From a virus (Duplodnaviria > Caudoviricetes): a stretch of DNA of 64,000 nucleotides. Where the stretch lies: IMG/VR virus record IMGVR_UViG_2513237098_000002, positions 1 through 64,000 of that record; one strand, given 5' to 3'. Numbering within the stretch: the stretch's first letter is position 1; the number at the start of each line of letters is the position of its first letter. Made by a program: the position numbers and the translations under genes. Under the pieces are notes generated by a model. That model was given only the letters and a program-made list of their open reading frames with translations. It was not told the DNA's origin and made no database searches. Positions 9,205-17,670 of this stretch are shown here, in pieces.

Positions 9205-9698
9205 CCACGGGCATGCTGACCGAAACCACCGCCAAGCGCATCGCGACGTTGTTTCGCATGCTGAGCAGCGAGTACCCGGGCGAGATCCTTGGTGCCGTGG
9301 CGGCCATGAAGCGGCTGTTTGCCAATGAGGGTCTGAGCTTTCATGAGATCGCCAACGTCATCGAAAGCTGCAATGGTGAGATCGAGGAGCGCAAATACAG
9401 CGATGCCGATGCCGAGATCATCTTCCAGCGCGGGGTCGAAAAGGGGCGCAGCGAGCAGCAGCCACCACCGTTGGACTATTATGAAGAGGATGGCTCACCG
9501 CGCTGGCATGAGATCGCGCTGTTCTGTCGGAATAACACAGCAAAACTGAAAGGTGATTGGGAGCAGGAGTTCATCACCGACATGGTCAGCAGGACGCTGG
9601 TCAAAACGTTGACACCTCGACAACAAAAATTTCTGTTCGCGATCTTTGTGCGGCTTGGGGGTCCCTATGATGCCGCCAGGCCATTGAATTTCGGGTGA
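9201..9698 (+). CDS. Hypothetical phage protein
   Basis: ATGA-coupled; WEQEFI..M....LTPRQQ motif common before primases. Confidence 0.7.
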   Translation: MTTGMLTETTAKRIATLFRMLSSEYPGEILGAVAAMKRLFANEGLSFHEIANVIESCNGEIEERKYSDADAEIIFQRGVEKGRSEQQPPPLDYYEEDGSPRWHEIALFCRNNTAKLKGDWEQEFITDMVSRTLVKTLTPRQQKFLFAIFVRLGGPYDAARPLNFG

Positions 9699-9701
9699 TG
9701 C

Positions 9702-11786
9702 ATGACCGAGTCCGGCGGCATCATCGACTTCAACTTTGCCAAGCTGCAAAGCGAATTGGGCAAGGCGAGCCTTGATGTCGGCGATATCCGCGAACGGCTG
9801 AACGCCAGCGCGCGGTCGTTCGTCGAATGGCTGTTCTCTGGTCGCGCGCTGATCACGCGCGGCGGCCATGAGGCCCGGATCGGCGATGTCGACGGTAATG
9901 TCGGAACGTCATTGTCGATTCATCTGACCGGATCGAACACCGGCCTGTGGAAAGACCACGCCACCAGCGAGAGCGGTGACCTGATCACGCTGTACCGCAT
10001 GTACATGGGCTACGGCGAAAGCAAGGATGATTTCAAGCAGGCGATCAAGGAGATCGCCAAGGATTTTCTGCACGATCCGATCGAGGTCGAGCGGCCAACC
10101 TTCAGGCCGACGCCGGAGATGGTGATCCGGTCCAAGAAGGAGAAGTTCGGCACCAAGCCGCGCGATGACGATGTCGAATTGGGCGCGCCGGTCGCCACCT
10201 TTAAATATTTCAACACCCGGGGCGAGATCACGGCGTCGGTGGTGCGCTATGAGCCGGACGGCACCCGCGCCAGCAAGACCTTCCGGCCGTTCTGCTACCG
10301 CGACTTCGACGGCAAGAAGCGCTGGGCCGCGGGCGCACCGGATATCCGGCCGCTGTACCGGCTGCCCGAGATCTCGCTGAGCGGTTCGGTGATCCTGGTC
10401 GAGGGCGAGGGCAAGGCCGACGCCTTGGCCAGGCTCGGCATCGAGGCGACCTCGGCGATGCAGGGCGCCAATGCCCCGATCGACAAGACCGATTGGTCGC
10501 CGCTCGCCGGCAAGCGGGTGACGATCTGGCCGGACAACGATCAGCCGGGCTTCGACTATGCCAACACCGTCGCCAAGCGGCTGCTACAGCTGAACTGCAC
10601 CGTGTACGGCATCAACCCACCGGCCGATGCCCCGATCGCCTGGGATGCCGCCGACTGTATCGCCGAGGGCCGCGATCCGCACGAGCTGATCAACGCGGCG
10701 GTTTTGTATTCGGGGCAGGACGATATCCGCACCCGGGTCCGAATTCGGATCATCGATATCGATGATCTGGAAAACCTGCCGGCGCCGCAATTCCTGATCG
10801 ACAACGTCATCACCGAAGGCGGGTTGTCGGTGCTGTGGGGCCCGCCGGGCGCGATGAAGTCGTTCGTTGCCCTCGACATGGGCTTGTGTGTCGGCACCGG
10901 TTACTTATGGCATGGCAAAACTACCAGGCTTGGCACCGTGGTCTATCTTGCCGCTGAAGGCGCGCACGGTCTCGGCCAGCGCGCGGTAGGCTGGCGCAAT
11001 ATCCGCGGCAAGGGCCTGGCAAAGCCGAAGTTCAAGATCATTCCGCATTCAATCGCGATGACTGGTGTCGACGATTTGAATGCGCTGATCGAGGCCATTC
11101 TCAAGCTCGATGAACTGCCGATCCTGATCATCATCGATACGCTGGCGCGCACGTTCGGGGCCGGCAACGAGAACCAGCAGTCCGACATGAATGCCTACGT
11201 CAACGCCGCCGATAAACTGCGCGAGGCAACCGGCGCGCATGTGATGATCGTGCATCATTCCGGCGTGCACGAGGTCAATCGCGAGCGCGGCTCCAACGTG
11301 CTGCGCGGCGCCGCCGATACGGTGATCAAGGTCGCCCGCAAGGGCAACAAAATCGACATCGTCAACCGCGCGCCGGCCGGCAAGCAGAAGGATTTCGAAG
11401 AGTTCGACACTGTCAAGCTGCGCGCGGTGATCGAGCATTGGCAGACCGGCGAGAACGGGGAGGTCGACCATTCGACGGTCATTCTCACCTTGCGCGAGGA
11501 CGGCGACAAGGAGGTGGACATGGATCAAGAGCCCAAGACCGAGACGGCACAGGAGACCAAATCGAGGGTGACCGGCAAGAACCAGAAACTGGTGCTCAGC
11601 GCCCTCAAGGCGTCCGCTGAGCCGCTGACGGCAACCACCCTGATCCTGCGCACCGGGCTGGACAAAAATCGCATGTACGAGGTTCTGAACGATCTGGTCG
11701 AGAAGGGTCTGGTGGCTTGTGAGGACAGCGCTGACGGCAACGCCGCGCTCTGGAACATCACCGATGAGGGCCGCGATGTTCTGTAG
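9702..11786 (+). CDS. TOPRIM primase-AAA_25 (RepA-like) helicase with C-terminal wHTH
   Basis: VEGEGKADAL, IWPDND, WDAAD (TOPRIM); GPPGAMKS, IIIDTLAR, VHHSG (SF4/AAA_25). Confidence 0.9.
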   Translation: MTESGGIIDFNFAKLQSELGKASLDVGDIRERLNASARSFVEWLFSGRALITRGGHEARIGDVDGNVGTSLSIHLTGSNTGLWKDHATSESGDLITLYRMYMGYGESKDDFKQAIKEIAKDFLHDPIEVERPTFRPTPEMVIRSKKEKFGTKPRDDDVELGAPVATFKYFNTRGEITASVVRYEPDGTRASKTFRPFCYRDFDGKKRWAAGAPDIRPLYRLPEISLSGSVILVEGEGKADALARLGIEATSAMQGANAPIDKTDWSPLAGKRVTIWPDNDQPGFDYANTVAKRLLQLNCTVYGINPPADAPIAWDAADCIAEGRDPHELINAAVLYSGQDDIRTRVRIRIIDIDDLENLPAPQFLIDNVITEGGLSVLWGPPGAMKSFVALDMGLCVGTGYLWHGKTTRLGTVVYLAAEGAHGLGQRAVGWRNIRGKGLAKPKFKIIPHSIAMTGVDDLNALIEAILKLDELPILIIIDTLARTFGAGNENQQSDMNAYVNAADKLREATGAHVMIVHHSGVHEVNRERGSNVLRGAADTVIKVARKGNKIDIVNRAPAGKQKDFEEFDTVKLRAVIEHWQTGENGEVDHSTVILTLREDGDKEVDMDQEPKTETAQETKSRVTGKNQKLVLSALKASAEPLTATTLILRTGLDKNRMYEVLNDLVEKGLVACEDSADGNAALWNITDEGRDVL

Positions 11787-11796
11787 CTGTTCATGG

Positions 11797-11936
11797 TCCG
11801 AAAGCACGTTTCGGATCCGTTTCGGACTGCTGTTTCGGACTTTGCAGGCTCGCATTTGGCCAGTCCGAAAGTCCCGACGTGGCTCCGACCTGCTTTACCT
11901 AAAGGTACGCAGTCGGGACATTCGGACTGGCCAAAT
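11797..11936. repeat. Ori-like region: GTTTCGGA iterons plus 25-bp inverted repeat
   Basis: GTTTCGGA at 11808, 11819, 11832; IR arms 11854-11878 and 11912-11936 (24/25 match). Confidence 0.7.
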
Positions 11937-11976
11937 TCGAAGCAACGAGGTCCGGAAAGGGGAGGTTTTCAGAAAA

Positions 11977-12264
11977 ATGGGTCGTTCGATAAATCGACGC
12001 GAGCAGTTTCCAAACACGATGAAGCTTATTGCAGAGCGGGACGACCTTCAGCTCTTTAATCGCGATTTTGCCGACAAGGGGGAGTGGAGATCGTTAAGGC
12101 TGATCAAAGGTGGCAGGAAGTCGCGTCGAGTTCCAAAGCGAAGCTTCTGGCTTGGTTGGAATGGTCAACGTCTTGCACGCAACCATGATACCGGCGTGCT
12201 CGCCGAGCATTACCCGGAAATCTATGATTGGGTGGTTGCGGAATTGGAGGCCGCGCAATGGTGA
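11977..12264 (+). CDS. Hypothetical protein
   Basis: MGRSINRREQFP start after GGGAGG. Confidence 0.55.
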   Translation: MGRSINRREQFPNTMKLIAERDDLQLFNRDFADKGEWRSLRLIKGGRKSRRVPKRSFWLGWNGQRLARNHDTGVLAEHYPEIYDWVVAELEAAQW

Positions 12265-12536
12265 ACGTGAATCGCCACCCGGTCGACCAGCTCGCCGACG
12301 TGCGCGCCGAGATCAAGACGCTGCAGGAGCGCGAGACCGAACTGAAGGAAGGCTTGCTGCTCGAGGACGCCGATCTGTCGGGCAGCGAATACTACGCCCG
12401 GATCGTGCCGCTGACCCAGCATCGGCTGGATCGGAAATTGTTGGAGCAACGTTTTGGCCAGCGAGCCGTGGAGGAGTGCTGCAAGGATGTCGAGACGGTG
12501 CAGATCCGGTTGGTGCATCGGGAGGAGGAAGGTTGA
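12258..12536 (+). CDS. Coiled-coil hypothetical phage protein
   Basis: HPVDQLADVRAEIKTLQERETELK. Confidence 0.65.
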   Translation: MVNVNRHPVDQLADVRAEIKTLQERETELKEGLLLEDADLSGSEYYARIVPLTQHRLDRKLLEQRFGQRAVEECCKDVETVQIRLVHREEEG

Positions 12537-13049
12537 ATGACGACCTTATTACGACGCGCTCAAGATCTGCTGCCATTCGATCCGCTTGACGAACAACCGA
12601 TGCTGCCATCGGTTTGGACTGGCGAGCATGTTGGTCTGCGGTTGGTCGAAGCGATGCAGACGTTGCGATTGCTGCCGGGCGAGGGGCTTGGATCGCGGAG
12701 TGCGTGGCCGCCGTACCTCTATGAGTTCGATGATCTGGTCGAACAGCAGCGGCAGGGCGAGCTGGAGCGTACACAGCAAATCCAGAACCGCACGCGGGTG
12801 TCGCCGAGCCTGACGGAGATTTCGCGGATGGAGTTGGTGATCTGGTGGCCGATGCATTTTCTGATGTTCGGCGCGCCGCATCTGGTCGAATCCGTGATGT
12901 GGCTCTCGCACGCCTACTCGATCGAGCGCGATGCCGAGTGGGTGGTGCGCAAGCGCGGCGGCTTCGCTGACACCTGGCGCGCGCGTCATGCGCGCGGGTG
13001 CGAGATCATCGCCGAGGGTTTGATGGCCGAGAAGGTGAGGGTATTCTGA
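12537..13049 (+). CDS. Hypothetical protein (possible transcription regulator)
   Basis: WTGEHVGLRLVEAMQTLRLLP; late-control position. Confidence 0.6.
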   Translation: MTTLLRRAQDLLPFDPLDEQPMLPSVWTGEHVGLRLVEAMQTLRLLPGEGLGSRSAWPPYLYEFDDLVEQQRQGELERTQQIQNRTRVSPSLTEISRMELVIWWPMHFLMFGAPHLVESVMWLSHAYSIERDAEWVVRKRGGFADTWRARHARGCEIIAEGLMAEKVRVF

Positions 13050-13234
13050 TGGGCAAGCACAAGGAAAGGCTGGTTGACATCGCGGGCGATAAGACGGGCG
13101 AGACCGAGAGGGCCTATCGGATTTTCGACGGTAAGAAAACCGAATGGGTGCCGAAGTCCCAGGTTGAGTACAACGAGGATGATGGCACGTTCACGATGCC
13201 GGAATGGCTGGCGAAGGAAAAGGAATTCATTTGA
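13049..13234 (+). CDS. Small beta-rich phage protein
   Basis: WVPKSQVE...TMPEWLAKEK motif. Confidence 0.7.
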   Translation: MGKHKERLVDIAGDKTGETERAYRIFDGKKTEWVPKSQVEYNEDDGTFTMPEWLAKEKEFI

Positions 13235-13271
13235 GATTGCCACAGGGCGATCGAAAGGAAGGTTGCTGCAT

Positions 13272-13526
13272 ATGGCCCCGCCGCGAAAGAAACACAGAAA
13301 GCCTGGTGAAACGCATGCCGTTCATTTGCGGTTGCCGGCGGACGTCTTCAGACGGATCGAGGCGAAGGCCGCGATGGCAGGCTGGCCACTCAATCGCGTC
13401 GTCGTCAAGGAGTTGGTCGCTTTCCCAGATCTGGAAAAGCTGAAGAAACTTGGCGAGCTGATCGCGGACATGGAAGTTGTTTTGGCGCGACACGGAGCTA
13501 GGCTCAAGGAAAAGGAATTTATCTGA
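13272..13526 (+). CDS. Arc-like ribbon-helix-helix protein
   Basis: VHLRLPADVFRRIEAKAAMAGWPLNRVVV. Confidence 0.75.
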   Translation: MAPPRKKHRKPGETHAVHLRLPADVFRRIEAKAAMAGWPLNRVVVKELVAFPDLEKLKKLGELIADMEVVLARHGARLKEKEFI

Positions 13527-14119
13527 TGATCGAGCTGCCACAGGGTGCCGCGCGCGACTATCTGCAGGTGTTCGGTGTGGCGGCGATCTATGTGGCGGTG
13601 TCGCCCGATGGCCAGTGTTGCCGGATTGGCAGCTCGCTCGATCTGGCGCGGACGCAGGGCTTCCTGGGCAGGTTTGAGGTTGATCAGGTGTTTTGGGTGC
13701 GAGACGCCAGGACGGCGCGGCTGGTGGCGCGATTGGCGCGGGCCGGTCTGCCGACGTTGGGTGGTGGCCTGGTGCGAGCGTCGAGGGAGATCGCCGGCCG
13801 GGCGGTTGAGGCGGCGGCAGGGCGCCTGGGCATGCGGCTGACCGAGCACCAGGCAGCGCTAATGAGGGTGTCCAGCGCCCTCGACCAGGTTGATGCGATG
13901 TTGGCGCTGGCCCATGCCGACGGCGCGCTGAGCTGGTTTAACCGGGCCTACAGGGCTTATCGGCTGGCCAGCACTGGAAGGACCATGCTGTACGGGGAAG
14001 CCAAGGTGAGGCTCCGCAACGCCGTGGTGAGGCGGATCATGGCCGGTGGCGACCTGCAGGATCTGCGGGAAGAGATCTTCGGCGAGGCTATCCACCACCA
14101 ATTCAAAAAATCTGCTTGA
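13526..14119 (+). CDS. Hypothetical protein (weak GIY-YIG/T5orf172-like N-terminus)
   Basis: IYVAVSPDGQCCRIGSSLDL. Confidence 0.55.
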   Translation: MIELPQGAARDYLQVFGVAAIYVAVSPDGQCCRIGSSLDLARTQGFLGRFEVDQVFWVRDARTARLVARLARAGLPTLGGGLVRASREIAGRAVEAAAGRLGMRLTEHQAALMRVSSALDQVDAMLALAHADGALSWFNRAYRAYRLASTGRTMLYGEAKVRLRNAVVRRIMAGGDLQDLREEIFGEAIHHQFKKSA

Positions 14120-14180
14120 ACCGTGAGCTGGGGAGGGGGTTCTATACGCGCGCACGGGCTCCGCCCGAGGTGTGTTTGAT

Positions 14181-14216
14181 CGGCTTCCTGGGCGTTGCCC
14201 TAGGGACCGGTTTTTT
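14181..14216 (+). terminator. Hairpin plus T6
   Basis: cctgggc-gtt-gccctagg stem followed by ccggtttttt. Confidence 0.45.
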
Positions 14217-14527
14217 CATTCGTCACCATCGTCATCGCCATCGTCGTCATCGTTGACGACGCGCTTATCGCTGAGCCGGTCGAGGATGAACCTGATTTGG
14301 GCGGGCTTGACGCCCGCGGTTCTCAGCACTTCTTCCGGCCCGATGTCCTTGGCCAGCATCAGCTCGAGCACCATGGCCACCGGCCGCGCCACGTGATTGT
14401 TTTGCTTCCATCGCCGTGCCGTGCGTTCGTTGACACCGAAGAAAGTGGATGCGCCGCGTTCGGTCCAACCCAGTCGGGTCAGGATCTCGAGATAGCGTTT
14501 CGTATTCATGGTCGGTGCTGCCATCAT
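14216..14527 (-). CDS. XRE-like HTH regulator with acidic tail
   Basis: LTRLGWTERGASTFFGVNERTARRW. Confidence 0.75.
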   Translation of the reverse strand: MMAAPTMNTKRYLEILTRLGWTERGASTFFGVNERTARRWKQNNHVARPVAMVLELMLAKDIGPEEVLRTAGVKPAQIRFILDRLSDKRVVNDDDDGDDDGDE

Positions 14528-14536
14528 GGCGTTGAT

Positions 14537-14606
14537 CCCTTAGGGCTTCTTGGCGATGGTGTTTCGTACTGCGCACCAGGAGGGTGCGCAGGGTCGAAAC
14601 ATCACC
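14537..14606 (-). repeat. Structured leader repeat copy A (divergent)
   Basis: TTTCG-ACC-CTGCGCACC/GGTGCGCAG-TA-CGAAA hairpin before the HTH gene. Confidence 0.8.
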
Positions 14607-14829
14607 CGTCGACTAGATCGTTGCTTACGACGATTCTGAGCAATTGACCATCAACGTAACGGTAGTTCACCGGGTCATCGCTTTCGGTGGCGCGATATTC
14701 CCGCACCAAGGTCCAGCGCATCGCGAGATCGCGCACATTGGCCTCGGCCTCTTCTTTGGTGGCAAAGCGCAAGGCGTTGCCGACCCATTGGCCGCTATTG
14801 TCGGCGATGACTTCTGGCTTCCAAGACAT
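14602..14829 (-). CDS. Hypothetical protein (75 aa)
   Basis: MSWKPEVIADNSGQWVGNALRFATKEEAE; SD GGAAGGA. Confidence 0.75.
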   Translation of the reverse strand: MSWKPEVIADNSGQWVGNALRFATKEEAEANVRDLAMRWTLVREYRATESDDPVNYRYVDGQLLRIVVSNDLVDG

Positions 14830-14840
14830 TGCAAGGTATC

Positions 14841-14918
14841 CTTCCGGGCTTGGCCCATTTGAATGAAGCGGGAGCGCTTCGTTCTGCGCACCGAGCGATG
14901 CGCAGGGTCGAAAAGCTC
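14841..14918 (-). repeat. Structured leader repeat copy B
   Basis: Long hairpin + GCTTCATTCAA + GGGCCAAGCCC + GGAAGGA. Confidence 0.9.
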
Positions 14919-14932
14919 GCAGCCTTGCGTTG

Positions 14933-15193
14933 TCAGTTCGGCTTGTTGCGATAGCTTCGTTCGATGATCCGACCGCGTGGGTCGTAGGTGGTCGTGGTGC
15001 TGCCGCTGGTCGATGAGCGCGCCGAGACGCGCCCGCCGGCATCGTAGAACGTGGTCGTGCCTTGGCTATCGGTAGCGGAGCGGCCGATCACCCGGCCGCC
15101 CGCGTCGTAGTGGGTTCGCTGCCGCGCCTGGGCGGCGGTCAACGTGACCGCAACCAACGCGGCAGCAGAGATCATCAACTTGATCATTCTCAT
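14933..15193 (-). CDS. Exported protein with YDAxGR repeats
   Basis: Signal peptide ...TAAQA; HYDAGGR, FYDAGGR, TYDPRGR. Confidence 0.75.
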   Translation of the reverse strand: MRMIKLMISAAALVAVTLTAAQARQRTHYDAGGRVIGRSATDSQGTTTFYDAGGRVSARSSTSGSTTTTYDPRGRIIERSYRNKPN

Positions 15194-15205
15194 TTTTGCT
15201 TCTCC

Positions 15206-15505
15206 TTAGCGTAGCGATGGCGAGATGGTGTAGCAGCGCGACATATTGCCGGATGAGCACACCATCTGTGGCCGCATCGGAATTTTGATGATTTCCGGGT
15301 CAGGCCATATGCTGCCGTTCACGATCAGCGGCGCTGCAAGGATCGCAAGGCTGGTGCTTCTGGGATCGAATATCGGAAGCTCCGGTGGTTTGGTGTGTTT
15401 TGGCAATACCGGGATCGGCACGCTTGCCCAGATGCTGTCGCTTTGCGCGTGGCTCGCGCCACTCAACGCGATGACAGCGGCAACAGTAGCTATGATCAGT
15501 CTCAT
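15206..15505 (-). CDS. Exported Pro-rich hypothetical protein
   Basis: Signal peptide ...GASHA. Confidence 0.6.
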   Translation of the reverse strand: MRLIIATVAAVIALSGASHAQSDSIWASVPIPVLPKHTKPPELPIFDPRSTSLAILAAPLIVNGSIWPDPEIIKIPMRPQMVCSSGNMSRCYTISPSLR

Positions 15506-15559
15506 TTCAGGTTATTCCTTTGTGATGCAATGTGAGAAATTTATCCGGAGGCGCGCTCA

Positions 15560-16204
15560 TCACACCGACCCGTCGTCTTTCTTGCCGGGCCTCACCGGTG
15601 CGCTCGGCACGGGCGATGTCGGCGGTACGGGCGACGTTGCCTGCGGCTGTCGCGGCACAGGCGACGTGGCGGTGCCCCCGCTGTTGGCGATCTTGGCGAT
15701 GCAGAACTTGAACCATTTCGTTGCATGGCGACTGCCAATCATCTGCGCTGTCCAAGGCGGCTCATTGCCTTCCTTGAACGAGATCACAAGTTGATCGGCA
15801 TCGGCGAAGTCTTGAACGAACCCGACAGCCTGCTCGCTCGCGATGCTGATCTGGATCAGCGAGCTGCCGCTGGTTGAGGTTATCGTCGTGCCAGAGCCCT
15901 CGCGCACGCCCCTGTCGAATGAGATCGACATCGGGACACTGATGTCGGCCGGGAATGCCCAGTTCGACTTGCTGATGTGCATGAACAGCCCGGTTTCGTT
16001 GGACCATTTCATCGATGCGGTGCCGATTGCGCCGCTGGGGAACGTCCATTGGCCGGAGATGACGCACATCGGCCTCCCTTCACTGTTCCGCGCGTAGTGG
16101 CTCGTTTGCCAGTAATTACCCGTATAGAGCCGCGTGACGTTCTCAGCCTGGGCGGCGGTGGTAGTCAGCAGCGCCGCGGCTGCGGCCATAACAAGATGTT
16201 TCAT
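15560..16204 (-). CDS. Exported hypothetical protein
   Basis: Signal peptide ...TAAQA; Pro-rich C-tail. Confidence 0.75.
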   Translation of the reverse strand: MKHLVMAAAAALLTTTAAQAENVTRLYTGNYWQTSHYARNSEGRPMCVISGQWTFPSGAIGTASMKWSNETGLFMHISKSNWAFPADISVPMSISFDRGVREGSGTTITSTSGSSLIQISIASEQAVGFVQDFADADQLVISFKEGNEPPWTAQMIGSRHATKWFKFCIAKIANSGGTATSPVPRQPQATSPVPPTSPVPSAPVRPGKKDDGSV

Positions 16205-16215
16205 TCCTAGTTTCC

Positions 16216-16295
16216 TTCCGGGCTTAGCCCATTTGAATGAAGCGGGGAGCGCTTCGTGCTGCGCACTGGGAAATGCGCAGGGTCGAAAAGCTTCC
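16216..16295 (-). repeat. Structured leader repeat copy C
   Basis: Same architecture as B, different loop. Confidence 0.9.
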
Positions 16296-16300
16296 GACGA

Positions 16301-16552
16301 TTAGCGGGGACCAAACGGAAACGGGGATGGCACCGCGATTTGTGGCGATGACGGCGGTCCGTCTGGCCGGCATTCGGCGGCGGCGCGGATCGAGATCTTG
16401 TGCCCCTGCAGTTCGCGCTCGATCACGCTCGGATACAGATCGCGCGCCGCGGCCTTGCAGGCTTCGCGATTGGCGAAGTCGGTCACGACCGACGACACCG
16501 AGACCGAGCCGGTATCGGTGAGCGCGAGCACGGTGGCGAACAGTTTCCACAT
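16301..16552 (-). CDS. Small exported hypothetical protein
   Basis: MWKLFATVLAL; F.NREAC..AA...AEC. Confidence 0.65.
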   Translation of the reverse strand: MWKLFATVLALTDTGSVSVSSVVTDFANREACKAAARDLYPSVIERELQGHKISIRAAAECRPDGPPSSPQIAVPSPFPFGPR

Positions 16553-16556
16553 CGGC

Positions 16557-17027
16557 TTAGCCTTGCAGCGGCGGCACTGAAGAGGTGACGGGCAGGGGTG
16601 GTTGGCTGACTTCGATCCAGCCCTTGCGCCGATAGCTATCGACGATGATGCGATAGGCGAAGAAGGCATAGACGAACCAGCCGACCAAAACGCCGAAGCC
16701 GCCGAACGGTACCAGGAAGATAAATATCAACGCCGTGATGCCGGCGTGCAGCCACGCTTCTTTGTAGGCCAGATAGAAACAGCCGAAGAAGAACGTCAGC
16801 CAGAACGCCGAGCCTTTGTTGATCCTGACGACCGCACCGGTCTGAGGGTTGCGAAAGGCAGTCTCGTAGGCTTGCGGCTGGGACGGCACGCTGAAGGGCC
16901 GGCCGGTGCTGCCCATCGCCGGCATTGCGATCACTTCGGCGCGCAGCTTCTCGAATTCGTCTTGGCTGATCAGCCCCTGGTCGCGCATTTCGGCCAGCTC
17001 TTTGATCTTGTCGATTTTGTTGGTCAT
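16557..17027 (-). CDS. SHOCT domain plus multi-TM (DUF2628-like) membrane protein
   Basis: IKELAEMRDQGLISQDEFEKLRAEVI; FFGCFYLAYKEAW. Confidence 0.8.
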   Translation of the reverse strand: MTNKIDKIKELAEMRDQGLISQDEFEKLRAEVIAMPAMGSTGRPFSVPSQPQAYETAFRNPQTGAVVRINKGSAFWLTFFFGCFYLAYKEAWLHAGITALIFIFLVPFGGFGVLVGWFVYAFFAYRIIVDSYRRKGWIEVSQPPLPVTSSVPPLQG

Positions 17028-17038
17028 CTAATCCAATC

Positions 17039-17116
17039 TTTCCGGGCTTAGCCCTTTTGAATGAAGCGGAGTTGCTTCGTGCTGCGGCGACATGCGCCGC
17101 AGTGTCGAAACATCCC
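17039..17116 (-). repeat. Structured leader repeat copy D
   Basis: Inner stem changed to CTGCGGCG/CGCCGCAG (compensatory). Confidence 0.9.
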
Positions 17117-17118
17117 GG

Positions 17119-17235
17119 CTAGTGCAGTTTGGCGTTCGCCGGTTTCTGATGCAGTTGCGCTAAAAAGGCTTCGATCAGCTTTTGCATGCGTTCCAGGTTG
17201 GCGAGCCGTTGCATGATCAATTCGATTTCCGACAT
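17119..17235 (-). CDS. Small helical protein (38 aa)
   Basis: Manual translation MSEIELIMQRLANLERMQKLIEAFL... Confidence 0.5.
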   Translation of the reverse strand: MSEIELIMQRLANLERMQKLIEAFLAQLHQKPANAKLH

Positions 17236-17244
17236 CGTTAGTAT

Positions 17245-17571
17245 TCACTCGGTGAACCAGAGGTCGATGTGGTCGAGCGGAAAGTCGGTGAATGCGATTT
17301 CCTCGCGATAGACGACGTTGTCGTTGCCGTCTTCGCACACCAGCGTGGCTCGATTGTCCGCGACCTTCAGTTTCCAGACCTGAAATTCTTCGGTGCGAAC
17401 GACCGGCTCGAGCTGCAGCGTCGCGACCTTGTCGACCAGCCAGTATGCGCCGGCCTTCTCGGCGAGATACTGCACGCCTTCGGTGTAAGTGATGTTGCGC
17501 ATCAGGCTGTGGCGAAACCACTGCTCACTGCCAGTGAACTGCGCCAGATCAGCATGGGTAATGCTCGTCAT
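17245..17571 (-). CDS. DUF6876-like phage protein
   Basis: LAQFTGSEQW..H...YTEGVQYLAEKAGAYWL...FQVWKL...TDFPL. Confidence 0.75.
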   Translation of the reverse strand: MTSITHADLAQFTGSEQWFRHSLMRNITYTEGVQYLAEKAGAYWLVDKVATLQLEPVVRTEEFQVWKLKVADNRATLVCEDGNDNVVYREEIAFTDFPLDHIDLWFTE

Positions 17572-17579
17572 GGAATTCC

Positions 17580-17657
17580 TTTCCGGGCTTAGCCCTTGAA
17601 TGAAGCGGAGCGCTTCGTGCTGCGCAGGTGACGAGCTGCGCAATGTCGAAAAGCTCG
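17580..17657 (-). repeat. Structured leader repeat copy E (promoter-proximal)
   Basis: Same architecture; directly downstream of promoter and operators. Confidence 0.9.
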
Positions 17658-17670
17658 CCTTCCTATGTAA

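Noticed and set aside
14537-17657. CRISPR array or integron attC array
   Set aside because: Repeats are separated by whole genes, not 30-40-nt spacers; no cas1/cas2; the GTTRRRY/RYYYAAC attC cores are absent.
14537-17657. Self-cleaving ribozyme or known riboswitch identity for the leader repeats
   Set aside because: No hammerhead CUGAnGA/GAAA core, HDV-like pseudoknot or recognisable aptamer consensus seen by eye; needs cmscan.
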